NCBI GenBank assembly: GCA_965213625.1
Contig: CBDBZU010000004.1
Span: 1,504,001-1,568,000, forward strand
Reading direction: 5' to 3'
DNA length: 64,000 bases
Source of the DNA: a bacterium
Lineage (GTDB): Bacteria; UBA8248
Both the position numbers and the translations under genes were made by a program. A model generated the notes under the pieces. The model searched no databases and was not told the DNA's origin. It saw only the letters and a program-made list of their open reading frames with translations. Positions 49,289-59,407 of the stretch are shown here, one piece after another (within the stretch, counting starts at the first letter, position 1; every line of letters begins with the position of its first letter).

Positions 49289-52240
49289 TTGAGCCAACTG
49301 GCATTGATGATTGATCTGGAGCGATGCTTCGGCTGCAAGAGCTGCGAGGCGGCATGCAAGCAGGAGCACAGGCTCGGCCCCGGCCAATACCGCAACAAGG
49401 TCGTCTGGCTGGGGAACGCTTCCACGGGAGCGCCCGATTTCCTCACGCTCACCTGTCAGCATTGCGAACGGCCCGCTTGCCTGCGGGCCTGCCCCGTTCA
49501 TCCCAAGGCGATTACGAAAGACCCCGATACAGGTGTGGTGGAAGTACATGAGTCGCTCTGCACGGGTTGCGGGGAATGCGTCATGGCGTGTCCCTACAGC
49601 GCGATGGGCTATGACGCCCAGGGGCATCATTCGGTGAAGTGCGACCTGTGCCCCGAGCGGCGGGAGAAGGAACTGGAGCCCGCCTGCGCCGAAATCTGCC
49701 CGGGCTACGCCATCTCGTTCGGGGAGAGGGAGACGCTTCTCGAAAAGGCGGAAGAAGAGGAGCGGAGCCTTAGGGATCACGACCATTTTCTCCTGAAGCC
49801 TCAAACGATTTATCTGGAGAAAATCGAGAGGGAAAACGGCCGCCTGAATGGAGCGGAAAATTTAAGTTTGCACGAAAAGCCCAAACGGCCTCGTTTCGTG
49901 GATTCACCCGCAGCGAACGGCGTTTTCGAAGAGAAAGGCCCTGCCTTCCCATATCTGCACGACAAAAAGACGCTCCAGGCGGACCGCGTCGTGCCCGGTG
50001 GTTGTAATTTCTGCTTCAACTGCTGCACCGCCAAGTTTCATTTTCAGGGCGATAAGCTCATCAACGTGACGGGGAACGATGAGGACCCCGTCCTGAACGG
50101 AAAGATATGCCCCAAGGCGCAGTTCACGCTCCAGATGCATCACAACGAGCACCGTCTGCAATATCCCCTCAAGCGCGTGGGCCGTCGGGGCGACAACGAG
50201 TTCGAGCGCATCACCTGGGATCAGGCGCTGGATGAGATAGCCGCGAAACTGGAAGTCTTGAGAGAACGCTGGGGCACGGAGGCGCTGGCGATGTTCGTGG
50301 GGACCCGCACGGGTTTGATCACGCAAAAAGGGTATGCGCGCCTGTTCAGCCAGATGTGGGGCACCCCCAACCTGCAGGGGACGGACCCTTTTTGCGCGGC
50401 GGGCAAGGTGGTCGCCTACGAGGTGACGCACGGGACCAACGGAAACGGGAACAGCTATACGCCCGAGGATATCGGCAGCGCCGGCATGTATCTCTACATC
50501 GGGGACAACCAGGCGGAGACGCGGCCGGTCTACTTCGGCAAGGTGAACGACTGGCGCATCAAGAACAAAACAAAGATGGTGGTGGTAGACCCGAGGTATA
50601 CCGCCACGGCGAGCAAGGCGGATAAATGGCTCGCCATCCGTCCGGGTACCGATATGGCTCTGGGCCTCGCCATGGCGCACCATATTCTCTCTGGAAATTT
50701 GCACGACCAGCGTTTCTGCGAGGAATGGGTGCTGGGCTGGGAGCGCTGGCGCGATTTCATAATCGCAAAAGGCTATTCCCCCGATTGGGCGGAAGCCGTC
50801 ACGGGCATACCGGCGGAGGAGATTCGCGCGCTTTCCGAGGACGTGGCTAGGGCGGACGGCTGCGTCATCTTCGGTAGCCGGGGTCTCAACCAGCACACCA
50901 ACTCGGTGCAGACCAACCGGGCCATGATGTTCGTCGCCGCGATAACGGGAAACTGGGGCCGTAAGGGCGGCGCTTATGTAAACATGACGGCGGGGCCGCC
51001 CATCGCCGCCAACGCGCCGGAGAACAGAAGGGCGGAAATCAGGAAGCCGATGGCCCGCAGGAGCCCGGCCGGTTGGCTGAGCGCCATGCGGGAGGGCAAG
51101 CCTTACGCCATCAAGGGACTCATCACGTGCAACAACCCGCTGGCGCAATGGCCTGGGCAGGAAGACGCGCGCGAGGCCTTCAAAGCGCTCGACCTCGTCG
51201 TTCATATCGAATTGTTCGCGAACGAAACCTCAGCCTATGCGGATTATGTGCTGCCTGCGGCGGGCGGGATCGAAAAAGGGGAACTTGGCCGCACGAATGA
51301 CGACAGAAGGGTCGTGTGGATAGACAAGATGATCGATCCGCCGGGAGAGGCGAAGCCCGATGGCTGGATATGGATAGAGCTTGGGCGTCGCCTGGGGTTC
51401 GGCGACGTCATGAAAGAGGAATACAAGGACCCGGGCAAGTTCTGGGACGAGATGTGCATCGACAACGATTTCCTGCGGGGCGTGACGCAGAAACGTCTTC
51501 ACTCGGTTCCCTATCGCTGGGTGCGTTTCCCCGTAGCGAGCGAGGATGCCCCGGAGCAGGAGACGTTGTATCTCGAAGGAACGACCGCCACCGGGCAGCC
51601 CGAGGGTAAGCGATTCCCCACGCCGAGCGGGCGGCTTGAGTTCTGGACGGAATCGTTGGAGGAAAAATTCTCTAAAGTAGGACTCTCGGCGTTGCCGGAG
51701 TTTTACAGCGAAAAAGAGAATCTCCTGGAGTTGCCCTATCTCGAATATGAACACGGGGATGACGATCTGGAAGTCATCTCTCCGTTCAGCAAGGCGCCGA
51801 CGGGTTCTCGCTCTGCCAGAATCGTTCAGCCGGACGAGAAAAACCTGGGCGATGTGCTTCGTCGCCAAGGCTTTGAGACGACGTTGATAACGGGCCGGCC
51901 GCCAGCGCCGCATTTCCATAGCTGGACGCACTATTTCTGGCAGGCGCAGGAGATGTGGCCCGACCTCTACTGCCAGATACATCCCGAAAAAGCGGGTGAA
52001 TTGGGAATCGAAGACGGAGAGAAGGTCCGGGTGGAGACGGCCCATGGCGCCATCGAGGCGATGGCCTGGGTGAATGCGGGGATAAGGGAGGATTCGGTGT
52101 TCGTTCCCATCGGCTGGGGGGAGCGTCAGCCCTACCATCCCTGGCGCTCGGTGAATTTCCTGACGGACATCACGCAGCGCGACCCATGCTCGGACCAGAC
52201 GAATCTCAAGAGCCTGCTGTGCCGTATCTCCAGGGCGTGA
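49289..52240 (+). CDS. 4Fe-4S (DmsB-like) domain fused to a molybdopterin oxidoreductase
   Basis: CFGCKSCEAAC, CQHCERPACLRACP, CTGCGECVMACP, KCDLC; then CNFCFNC...CPK, RLQYPLKR, VVVDPR, RPGTD, ADYVLPAA, HPEKA; no Tat signal. Confidence 0.88.
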   Translation: MSQLALMIDLERCFGCKSCEAACKQEHRLGPGQYRNKVVWLGNASTGAPDFLTLTCQHCERPACLRACPVHPKAITKDPDTGVVEVHESLCTGCGECVMACPYSAMGYDAQGHHSVKCDLCPERREKELEPACAEICPGYAISFGERETLLEKAEEEERSLRDHDHFLLKPQTIYLEKIERENGRLNGAENLSLHEKPKRPRFVDSPAANGVFEEKGPAFPYLHDKKTLQADRVVPGGCNFCFNCCTAKFHFQGDKLINVTGNDEDPVLNGKICPKAQFTLQMHHNEHRLQYPLKRVGRRGDNEFERITWDQALDEIAAKLEVLRERWGTEALAMFVGTRTGLITQKGYARLFSQMWGTPNLQGTDPFCAAGKVVAYEVTHGTNGNGNSYTPEDIGSAGMYLYIGDNQAETRPVYFGKVNDWRIKNKTKMVVVDPRYTATASKADKWLAIRPGTDMALGLAMAHHILSGNLHDQRFCEEWVLGWERWRDFIIAKGYSPDWAEAVTGIPAEEIRALSEDVARADGCVIFGSRGLNQHTNSVQTNRAMMFVAAITGNWGRKGGAYVNMTAGPPIAANAPENRRAEIRKPMARRSPAGWLSAMREGKPYAIKGLITCNNPLAQWPGQEDAREAFKALDLVVHIELFANETSAYADYVLPAAGGIEKGELGRTNDDRRVVWIDKMIDPPGEAKPDGWIWIELGRRLGFGDVMKEEYKDPGKFWDEMCIDNDFLRGVTQKRLHSVPYRWVRFPVASEDAPEQETLYLEGTTATGQPEGKRFPTPSGRLEFWTESLEEKFSKVGLSALPEFYSEKENLLELPYLEYEHGDDDLEVISPFSKAPTGSRSARIVQPDEKNLGDVLRRQGFETTLITGRPPAPHFHSWTHYFWQAQEMWPDLYCQIHPEKAGELGIEDGEKVRVETAHGAIEAMAWVNAGIREDSVFVPIGWGERQPYHPWRSVNFLTDITQRDPCSDQTNLKSLLCRISRA

Positions 52241-52297
52241 AGGATCGATAATATTGGGAGTTATACCAGGTACGTGAACAACACCTGTCGGAGGAGA

Positions 52298-52370
52298 GGA
52301 CGTTTCACGAAGCACCCTACGGGTCGATTCGATACGCTCTGTTTTTGTAGGGACAGGTCGTGACCTGTCC
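52298..52370. repeat. GTAG-type REP palindromes between convergent genes
   Basis: GGACGTTTCACGAAGCACCCTAC and GTAGGGACAGGTCGTGACCTGTCC. Confidence 0.65.
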
Positions 52371-52375
52371 GACAC

Positions 52376-52837
52376 TCACTCAATCGGGTCGGGCTGAACG
52401 GGCACGCAGATTTCGGTTCGGGCGTCGACCTCCGCCGCTTCGCGGGGGTCGGTGATGTAGCGGTACATCACCGGGCCTTCTCTTCTCTTGAATCCGCTGT
52501 GCGGCATCCATTTATCGAGCATCTCTTCCAAAGTAAGCCTAAGCGTGTCGTATCCCCCGGTGTGTGTTCCCACCGCATGCCATCCGCCCATAAAATTCGT
52601 CTCAAGGAGTTCCTCAGGTTTTGGCAGGTCGGTGAGTGCCCCCCGGCAGGCTTCGTATCCCCCCTCTCCATAGTCGAGTCCGTAAGCGGGGCCGATTGCG
52701 GGAAGATTCCTGCAGATCCTGAGCAGGCGGGCCTGGGTGAGGCCGATAATCTCAGGGCTGGCGGGCGCATCGGTGCGAAGCGCCCAACCCTGAATGGGGT
52801 CCAGTTCCAGAATTTTAACGGGCTGTGAAGCGCTCAT
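52376..52837 (-). CDS. GyrI-like small-molecule-binding protein
   Basis: GGWHAVGTHTGGYD, WMPHSG, YITDP, TEICVPV. Confidence 0.75.
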   Translation of the reverse strand: MSASQPVKILELDPIQGWALRTDAPASPEIIGLTQARLLRICRNLPAIGPAYGLDYGEGGYEACRGALTDLPKPEELLETNFMGGWHAVGTHTGGYDTLRLTLEEMLDKWMPHSGFKRREGPVMYRYITDPREAAEVDARTEICVPVQPDPIE

Positions 52838-52844
52838 GGAAGGG

Positions 52845-53228
52845 TCAGCTTGCGTTTCTCGATTTGAGCGCGTTTTGCAGTACGCGCCGGGCGAGGGTGG
52901 CGCAGTGGCGTTTGTGGGAGGGGAGGCCGCCCACGCTCTCGGCGATTTCCTCTGCGGTCATTCGCCCGAGTTCCTCCGCTGTTTTTCCGCGTACAAGGTC
53001 CGTCAGGGAACTCATGGCGGCCGTAATCGCCCCGCAACCAAGGATTCTGATCTTGGCGTCCGAGACCGCCTCGCCCTCGAATTTGAGAAAAAGCGTCACT
53101 TCATCGCCGCAGGCGGGGTTCGTTCCGCTCCCCTCGGCGTCCGCGTCTTCGATGACGCCGATGTTGCGCGGGTCCGCAATGTGGGAGAGCACCGTCTCGT
53201 TATAGTGGTAGTCGTCTCTCGGAGCCAA
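52845..53228 (-). CDS. IscU/NifU-N Fe-S scaffold protein
   Basis: PRNIG, NPACGD, GCG, KRHCA. Confidence 0.88.
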   Translation of the reverse strand: MAPRDDYHYNETVLSHIADPRNIGVIEDADAEGSGTNPACGDEVTLFLKFEGEAVSDAKIRILGCGAITAAMSSLTDLVRGKTAEELGRMTAEEIAESVGGLPSHKRHCATLARRVLQNALKSRNAS

Positions 53229-53237
53229 ATGTTCTTC

Positions 53238-54407
53238 TCATGTTTTCGTTGATTTGAGGCGAGGCGCCATTTCGCGCACTTTACTGACGGCTTCGGGCAA
53301 CACTTCGAGGAGCCTGTCGATATCCGCATCCGTGTTCCCGTAGCCGAGGCTGAATCTGAGCGAACCTTGTACGGTTTCTTTCGGTAAATCCATCGCCAGC
53401 AGAACGTGGCTGGGCTCGGGAGAACCCGAGCTGCAGGCCGCGCCGGTGCTCACGGCGATGCCCTCCAGATCGAGGCGGATCAAGAGCGTTTCCCCTTCCG
53501 CGCCGATGAAGCCCAGGTTCGATGTCCCCGGAAGCCTGTGGTCCGAATCACCGTTGACCAGCACGTCAGGAACGTGTTCGCAAATTTCGTTTTCGAGCCG
53601 ATCCCGAAGGGCGGCGATGTTCTTTGCGAACTCTGGGCCTTCCTCCTTCGCAATGCGGCAGGCTTCTCCCAACGCCACGATGCCGGCCACGTTTTCCGTA
53701 CCCGAGCGCAGGTTTTGCTCCTGCCCGCCGCCGGTGATGAAGGGGTCGAGCTTGGTTCCTTTTTTGACGTACAAAAAACCCGTTCCTTTGGAAGCGTTAA
53801 TTTTGTGTCCGGTGGCGGAAAGCAAAGAAACGCCGGCGCGCTCCACGTCAATGGGTTCCTTCCCCAGCGCCTGTACGGCATCCGTGTGAAATACGATTCC
53901 GTGCTCCCGGCAAATAGCGCCGATTTCATGAATCGGCTGTATGGTGCCCACCTCGTTGTTGCCCCATATGACGGACACGATGCGCGTGTCCGGCAGAATC
54001 GCCGCCGCCACGTCTTCCGCTGAAACGCGTCCTTTCCGGTTCGGCTTCACATAAGTGACCTCTGCCCCTTCCGCTTCCAGGGTTTGGCATGTCGCGAGTA
54101 CCGCCTCGTGCTCGATCTGTGTGGTGATGACATGGCTCCTCCCCTGGGCGGCGGAGATGACGCCGCGAAGCGCCCAGTTGTCGCTTTCCGTTCCGCCGGA
54201 GGTGAAGAAAATTTCATCGCTTTCCGCAGCGCCGATGAGGGCCGCCGCATGATCGCGGGCGTTTTCAATCGCGATTCTGGTTTCACGTCCATAGCGGTGA
54301 ATGCTGTTCGGATTTCCGAATTTCTCACTGAGATACGGCTGCATCGCGGCCAGAACCTCAGGACGCATCGGGGTCGTTGCGTTGTGGTCCATGTATATGG
54401 TTTTCAT
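53238..54407 (-). CDS. iscS: IscS/NifS-type cysteine desulfurase
   Basis: DHNATTP, FTSGGTES, HTDAVQA, GHK, RSGTEN, STGAACSS. Confidence 0.9.
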   Translation of the reverse strand: MKTIYMDHNATTPMRPEVLAAMQPYLSEKFGNPNSIHRYGRETRIAIENARDHAAALIGAAESDEIFFTSGGTESDNWALRGVISAAQGRSHVITTQIEHEAVLATCQTLEAEGAEVTYVKPNRKGRVSAEDVAAAILPDTRIVSVIWGNNEVGTIQPIHEIGAICREHGIVFHTDAVQALGKEPIDVERAGVSLLSATGHKINASKGTGFLYVKKGTKLDPFITGGGQEQNLRSGTENVAGIVALGEACRIAKEEGPEFAKNIAALRDRLENEICEHVPDVLVNGDSDHRLPGTSNLGFIGAEGETLLIRLDLEGIAVSTGAACSSGSPEPSHVLLAMDLPKETVQGSLRFSLGYGNTDADIDRLLEVLPEAVSKVREMAPRLKSTKT

Positions 54408-54415
54408 GAGGTCTC

Positions 54416-55111
54416 TTATTTTTCCCGTGTCGGCTCTCGCACCTGGGCAAGCTCTTTCTCGAGGGCCGCAATGCGCTGGTTCAATGCTTGAATGGCCCCT
54501 TCCACCGGGTCGGGCAACTCGTGGTGCTCGAAAGAAACGGGGAGCAGAACGTCCGTTTTGCCTTCTCCCTCCCGGTAGACGATGCGCGCGGGCACGCCGA
54601 CGACCGTGCAGCCGGGCGGAACGTCCGAGATGACGACCGAACTCGCGCCGATGCGGCTGCCGGCGCCGATGACGTGCGGACCCAGCACCTGGGCTCCGAC
54701 ACCCACAACCACGTTGTCCTCCAGAGAGGGGTGTCTTTTTTCTTTCTTGAGGCTAACGCCGCCGAGCGTCACCCCCTGGTAGATGGTGCAGTTTTTCCCG
54801 ATTTCCGTCGTTTCCCCGATGACGACGCCCATACCATGGTCGATAAAAAGCCCCTCGCCGATCTTTGCGCCCGGATGAATTTCGATACCCGTTATGAACC
54901 GGTTCCAGTGGCTCAGCCAGCGTGCGACGAGCAGAAATTTCCTTTTCCAGAAGTAGTGGGCCATGCGGTGCAGGCAGACGGCGTGAAACCCCGGATAGCA
55001 GAGAATCACCTCCGTTTTTGTTCTGCAGGCGGGGTCGCGCTCCATGACGGCGGCGATGTCCTTTCGAATCGATTCGAATCCGCGCCTGAAACTTCCGAGG
55101 AGTCCGCCCAT
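54416..55111 (-). CDS. cysE: serine O-acetyltransferase
   Basis: [30 protein letters not shown]. Confidence 0.95.
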   Translation of the reverse strand: MGGLLGSFRRGFESIRKDIAAVMERDPACRTKTEVILCYPGFHAVCLHRMAHYFWKRKFLLVARWLSHWNRFITGIEIHPGAKIGEGLFIDHGMGVVIGETTEIGKNCTIYQGVTLGGVSLKKEKRHPSLEDNVVVGVGAQVLGPHVIGAGSRIGASSVVISDVPPGCTVVGVPARIVYREGEGKTDVLLPVSFEHHELPDPVEGAIQALNQRIAALEKELAQVREPTREK

Positions 55112-55224
55112 GGCTTGTAATCCTTAAGTCAAAGAAAAATCGGGGAAACAGGCGTGTCCCCCCGCGTTACTCGTCCATGATAGCACAGTGTGTTTCGGTA
55201 CGCCTTTCGCCTTGGGGGAACATG

Positions 55225-55641
55225 CTAATACTTCTTTGAAAAATAATCACTTAGTATGTCCTCGTGATCAAATGCAATTTCAGGCGGCAGGGAATTTTCG
55301 CTGAAAACGCCTGCGCGCCTGGCGTCGTCTCGCGCTTCGAGGACACCGTTGAGGGGCCTTGCGATGAACACGACCGTGACGTTGTGCTGCCTCTCATCGC
55401 GCCTGGGGTCGCTGTAAGCATGAAACTGGCGTATCAGTTCCACGTCGAGCGAGGTTTCCTCCCTGGCTTCCCGGATTGCCGCCGTTTCGAGCGTTTCTCC
55501 GTAGTCGACGAATCCACCCGGCAGCGCCCAGCCGTGAGGTGGATTTTTCCGCTCGATCATCACAATGCCATCATCGCCCGTCTCGTTCTTTAATTCGATG
55601 ATAACGTCCACCGTAAGGTAAGGGTTTCTCGGGGTATTCAC
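55225..55641 (-). CDS. NUDIX hydrolase
   Basis: [25 protein letters not shown] Nudix box; likely GTG start. Confidence 0.9.
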   Translation of the reverse strand: MNTPRNPYLTVDVIIELKNETGDDGIVMIERKNPPHGWALPGGFVDYGETLETAAIREAREETSLDVELIRQFHAYSDPRRDERQHNVTVVFIARPLNGVLEARDDARRAGVFSENSLPPEIAFDHEDILSDYFSKKY

Positions 55642-55832
55642 CTGCGTTCTCACTTTTTTTGTTGAAATACAGTCCATGACGATTCGCAATTTTCGCACAT
55701 CAAGCCGTGCTCTTGCGACTATGATTCATAGGCCCATATAATGCGGCGGTTTCAAGGGAAATTTCGCTGTTGCCGACTTAATTCAAATCGAAGCATCGTC
55801 AATTTCAGCTTCCAATATGCAGAGGTGATGAA

Positions 55833-56804
55833 ATGGTGAAATTCAATATGGCGCCTACCGCCAGGCGTATCGTAGAGCAGGTTCTTGACGTGAAATCGGG
55901 CGAGCTGGTGCTTCTCGTAACGGATTCGGATCGCCCCGCATCGGTTACAGAGGCGCTTGCGCATGCCTTGAGCGCCACGGGCGCCAGGCTGTCCGTCATG
56001 CACATGCCCCCGCATATGAATGGGGGTATCGACCCGCTGCCTCACGTGGGAGCGGCGATGGCGGCTTCAGACGTGGTGATACTCCAGACCAGCTTCGCCA
56101 CCATCCATACCGAGACGGCGAGGAACGCGCTCAAGGAGGGCGCTCGCGTGCTGGATATGTGGGGGTGGCGCGAGGATATGATGGTCGCAGGCGGTGCTTT
56201 GGCCGATTACGACGAGGTCGCCCGGGTCACCCGGTTGATTTCCGACATATACACTGAGGCCAAAACGGGCCGGTTCACGACGCCCGATGGATGCGACATG
56301 GAGTTTTCGCTGGAGGGAAGGACTTGTTTCCCGCTCATCGGCGTGGCGAGAAAATCCGGAGAATTCGCGGCGTGCCCGGATGGAGAAGCGGCTATGAGTC
56401 CCCTGGAGGGCACGTCCAACGGCGTGATGGTGAATCCCTTCTCCATCGAGCGAAAAGATTTGGGCTTCGTTACCGAGCCGATGAGCATCGAGATCAAGGA
56501 CGGCAAGGTGGCCTCCATCACGGGAAGCGCCGCTGCGGACAGGTTCTGGAAATTGCTGGATGAAAACGGGGATTTGGCGAAGAACGTGGCGGAATTCGCC
56601 ATTGGCACGAATCCGGCATGTCGTCCCCGGGAAACGATGCGGGAGGCGAAAAAGACGTGGGGCACTTGCCACATGGCGGTGGGTGACAGCGGTAGCATCG
56701 GGGGCGTGGTCGAAGCCCCGCTTCACATCGACATGATTTTCGACAACCCCACCGTATGGGCGGATGAGCAGATGATCATCCAGGACGGAAAGATTCTGGT
56801 ATAG
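55833..56804 (+). CDS. M29/aminopeptidase-T-like metalloprotein
   Basis: PDGE, AEFAIGTNP, HMAVG, LHID. Confidence 0.75.
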   Translation: MVKFNMAPTARRIVEQVLDVKSGELVLLVTDSDRPASVTEALAHALSATGARLSVMHMPPHMNGGIDPLPHVGAAMAASDVVILQTSFATIHTETARNALKEGARVLDMWGWREDMMVAGGALADYDEVARVTRLISDIYTEAKTGRFTTPDGCDMEFSLEGRTCFPLIGVARKSGEFAACPDGEAAMSPLEGTSNGVMVNPFSIERKDLGFVTEPMSIEIKDGKVASITGSAAADRFWKLLDENGDLAKNVAEFAIGTNPACRPRETMREAKKTWGTCHMAVGDSGSIGGVVEAPLHIDMIFDNPTVWADEQMIIQDGKILV

Positions 56805-56854
56805 TCGCCAAATTGAAAAATCCGCCTCAGCACGCCCGATGATGAAGGATGAAG

Positions 56855-57721
56855 ATGGCACAAGCCCTGCTTCTTAAAGGTAAACCTGTAGCGGATAAGG
56901 TGATGGAGGAGCTTAAGACCTCTATCGATGCACTACTTCCCAAGGTTGGCAGGCCTCCGGGGCTTGCCGTCGTTCTCGTGGGTGAGGATCCGGCCTCTCA
57001 GGTGTATGTCCGCATCAAAGGTCGCTCCGCCAAGCGACTCGGCATCCAGACTTTCGATCACCGTTTGGACGAGGATACCAGCCAGGATGATATCGTCTCC
57101 CTCATCGAAGCGTTGAACCACGACGATAAAGTGGACGGGATGCTGGTGCAGTTGCCGCTTCCCGGACATCTGAACGAAGAAGAAGTGTTGCGGAAGGTGT
57201 CCCCCCAAAAAGACGCCGATGTATTTCATCCGGAAAATTTTGGAAAACTGGCGCTGAAACAAGGTACGCTCAAGCCGTGTACGCCTGCCGGCGTGCTCGA
57301 GATTCTGAAGTTCTACGATATCCCCCTGGAGGGCAAGAAAACCGTCATCATCGGGCGCAGTAAGATTGTGGGTCTCCCCTTGGCCATATTGATGATGCAT
57401 GAGAACGCGACGATTACGGTGTGCCACTCCCGAACGCGCGACATTCCCGCCATCACCAGAGAGGCCGATGTCGTGGTGGCCGCCATGGGGCGTCCGAAAT
57501 TCCTGACCGCCGATATGGTTCGGGAAGGGGCGGTTGTGGTCGACGTCGGCATCAATCGGGTGGATGGGGAATTGGTCGGCGATTGTGATTTCGAACCTTT
57601 GCTCGAAAAAGTTTCTGCCATCACGCCGGTGCCGGGCGGGGTGGGGCCCATGACGGTCGCCATGCTGATGGCGAATACGGTTCGCGCTTACTCTCTCCAG
57701 TCACAGGAATCGAGAGGATAG
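56855..57721 (+). CDS. folD: bifunctional methylene-THF dehydrogenase/cyclohydrolase
   Basis: PASQVYV, VQLPLP, PCTP, GRSKIVG, TPVPGGVGPMT. Confidence 0.96.
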   Translation: MAQALLLKGKPVADKVMEELKTSIDALLPKVGRPPGLAVVLVGEDPASQVYVRIKGRSAKRLGIQTFDHRLDEDTSQDDIVSLIEALNHDDKVDGMLVQLPLPGHLNEEEVLRKVSPQKDADVFHPENFGKLALKQGTLKPCTPAGVLEILKFYDIPLEGKKTVIIGRSKIVGLPLAILMMHENATITVCHSRTRDIPAITREADVVVAAMGRPKFLTADMVREGAVVVDVGINRVDGELVGDCDFEPLLEKVSAITPVPGGVGPMTVAMLMANTVRAYSLQSQESRG

Positions 57722-57740
57722 AGCTGATAAAGGTTCTCGA

Positions 57741-59141
57741 ATGAATGTAGACCTTCTGGGTGACGATACGCCTCGCGCAACGCCTGCGGTGCTCACCGTC
57801 TCACAACTCAACGCTCGCGTGAAAGAATTGCTGGAAGGTGAATTCGGCGAAGTATTGGTCGAGGGAGAAATTTCCTCCTGGCGCACCTATCCATCGGGGC
57901 ATTCCTATTTTGACCTGAAAGACGCCGCATCCAAGGTGGGCGCCGTGATGTTTTCGGGCCGCAGGCGGTTTTTGCGCTTCGAGCCGGAAGTGGGCATGCG
58001 CGTGATGATCCGCTGCCGGGTGACGCTTTATGAGAAAGACGGGCGCTTCCAGGTTTCTGCGCTTTCCATGGAGCCCTTGGGAGAAGGTGCGCTGGAGGTC
58101 GCTTTTCGCCAGTTCCATGAACGCCTGGAAAAAGAAGGATTGTTCGATCCTGCGCGAAAAAAGGAGATCCCAGATCGCCCCCGACGCGTGGCGTTGGTGA
58201 CGAGCCGCGAAGGCGCCGCTTTGCAGGATTTGCTGCGGGTCTTCAGGGAGCGCGCCCCGATTGTCGAACTCGTCATCATCCACACACAGGTACAGGGAGA
58301 GGGGGCGCCATCTTCTATCGCGGCGGCGATCAAAAAGGCGGACGAGGGCCTTGCAAACATGAAACGCCCCGTGGATCTCATCATCACGGGCCGTGGCGGA
58401 GGAAGCCGGGAGGATTTATGGGCGTTCAACGAAGAAGAAGTAGTGCGGGCAATCGCCGGATGCGCGACGCCCCTCATATCGGCGGTGGGACATGAGGTCG
58501 ATATCTCGCTCAGTGATCTGGCCGCCGACGAATCGGCGCATACGCCTACGGCGGCGGCCGAGCGTGTGGCCAGGGGCTGGCTGGGTGTCGCCCGGGACAT
58601 CACCAACCTGGTCCATGATGCGCGCCGGGCAGTAGCGACTCACATTGCCTCTCTCGATGAGAGGTTGTCTCGTTTACTCCGGGAAGCCGCATTCAGAAGG
58701 CCGGAGGCTCCGCTCGAATCGTTGGCGCAGCGCCTGGATGCGCTCTACGAGCGCATGAGCAGAGAAGCCGGGCATCAACAGGAAATGAGACGGGCCCGTT
58801 TGACCGGAATGGTTCCGAGGCTGCGGGTACTCTCACCCAAAGAAAAAATTGTTGTGTCCATATCGAGACTTGAAGATAATTTGAAGCGCCTGCGCGCAGC
58901 GCATGGATTGTTTTTGAAGAACAGGGCGGATGTCCTCAAGAGCGCCGCCGGGCGTCTCGAGTTGGTATCGCCGCTGGCCGTTTTGGCGCGAGGGTATAGC
59001 CTGGTGTACAAGGAGCCGGATGGGTCCTTGGTGAAAAATGCCGAAGATGTGAGGGAAAAAGAATCCGTGCGGATTCGTTTACGGCAAGGCGGTTTGATGT
59101 GCCGTGTAGAAGAAGTCTTTCCCGAGGGAGAGGGCCCATGA
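57741..59141 (+). CDS. xseA: exodeoxyribonuclease VII large subunit
   Basis: GEIS, SGHSYFDLKD, RGGGSREDLWAFN, SAVGHE, TPTAAA. Confidence 0.96.
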   Translation: MNVDLLGDDTPRATPAVLTVSQLNARVKELLEGEFGEVLVEGEISSWRTYPSGHSYFDLKDAASKVGAVMFSGRRRFLRFEPEVGMRVMIRCRVTLYEKDGRFQVSALSMEPLGEGALEVAFRQFHERLEKEGLFDPARKKEIPDRPRRVALVTSREGAALQDLLRVFRERAPIVELVIIHTQVQGEGAPSSIAAAIKKADEGLANMKRPVDLIITGRGGGSREDLWAFNEEEVVRAIAGCATPLISAVGHEVDISLSDLAADESAHTPTAAAERVARGWLGVARDITNLVHDARRAVATHIASLDERLSRLLREAAFRRPEAPLESLAQRLDALYERMSREAGHQQEMRRARLTGMVPRLRVLSPKEKIVVSISRLEDNLKRLRAAHGLFLKNRADVLKSAAGRLELVSPLAVLARGYSLVYKEPDGSLVKNAEDVREKESVRIRLRQGGLMCRVEEVFPEGEGP

Positions 59142-59407
59142 ATGTGACGAATGAATCCGCGAATCCTGATGCGGAACCAAAAAGTTTCGAAGAAGCGCTG
59201 AAGCGCCTGGAAGCAATCGTGGAAGAACTCGAAGAGGGTGAGCCTTCCCTGGAAAAGGCCGTTTTGCTGTATGAAGAGGGTGTGAAGCTCTTCCGCTATA
59301 GCCGGGAGCAGTTGAACGCGGCTCAAAAGAAGGTGGAAGAACTCGTGGGGGAATCGGAGGAAACATTTTCGTTGCAACCATTCGATAATGGTGAAGATGA
59401 TGAATGA
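59138..59407 (+). CDS. xseB: exodeoxyribonuclease VII small subunit
   Basis: SFEEALKRLEAIVEELE, YEEG; ATGA overlap with xseA. Confidence 0.94.
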   Translation: MNVTNESANPDAEPKSFEEALKRLEAIVEELEEGEPSLEKAVLLYEEGVKLFRYSREQLNAAQKKVEELVGESEETFSLQPFDNGEDDE

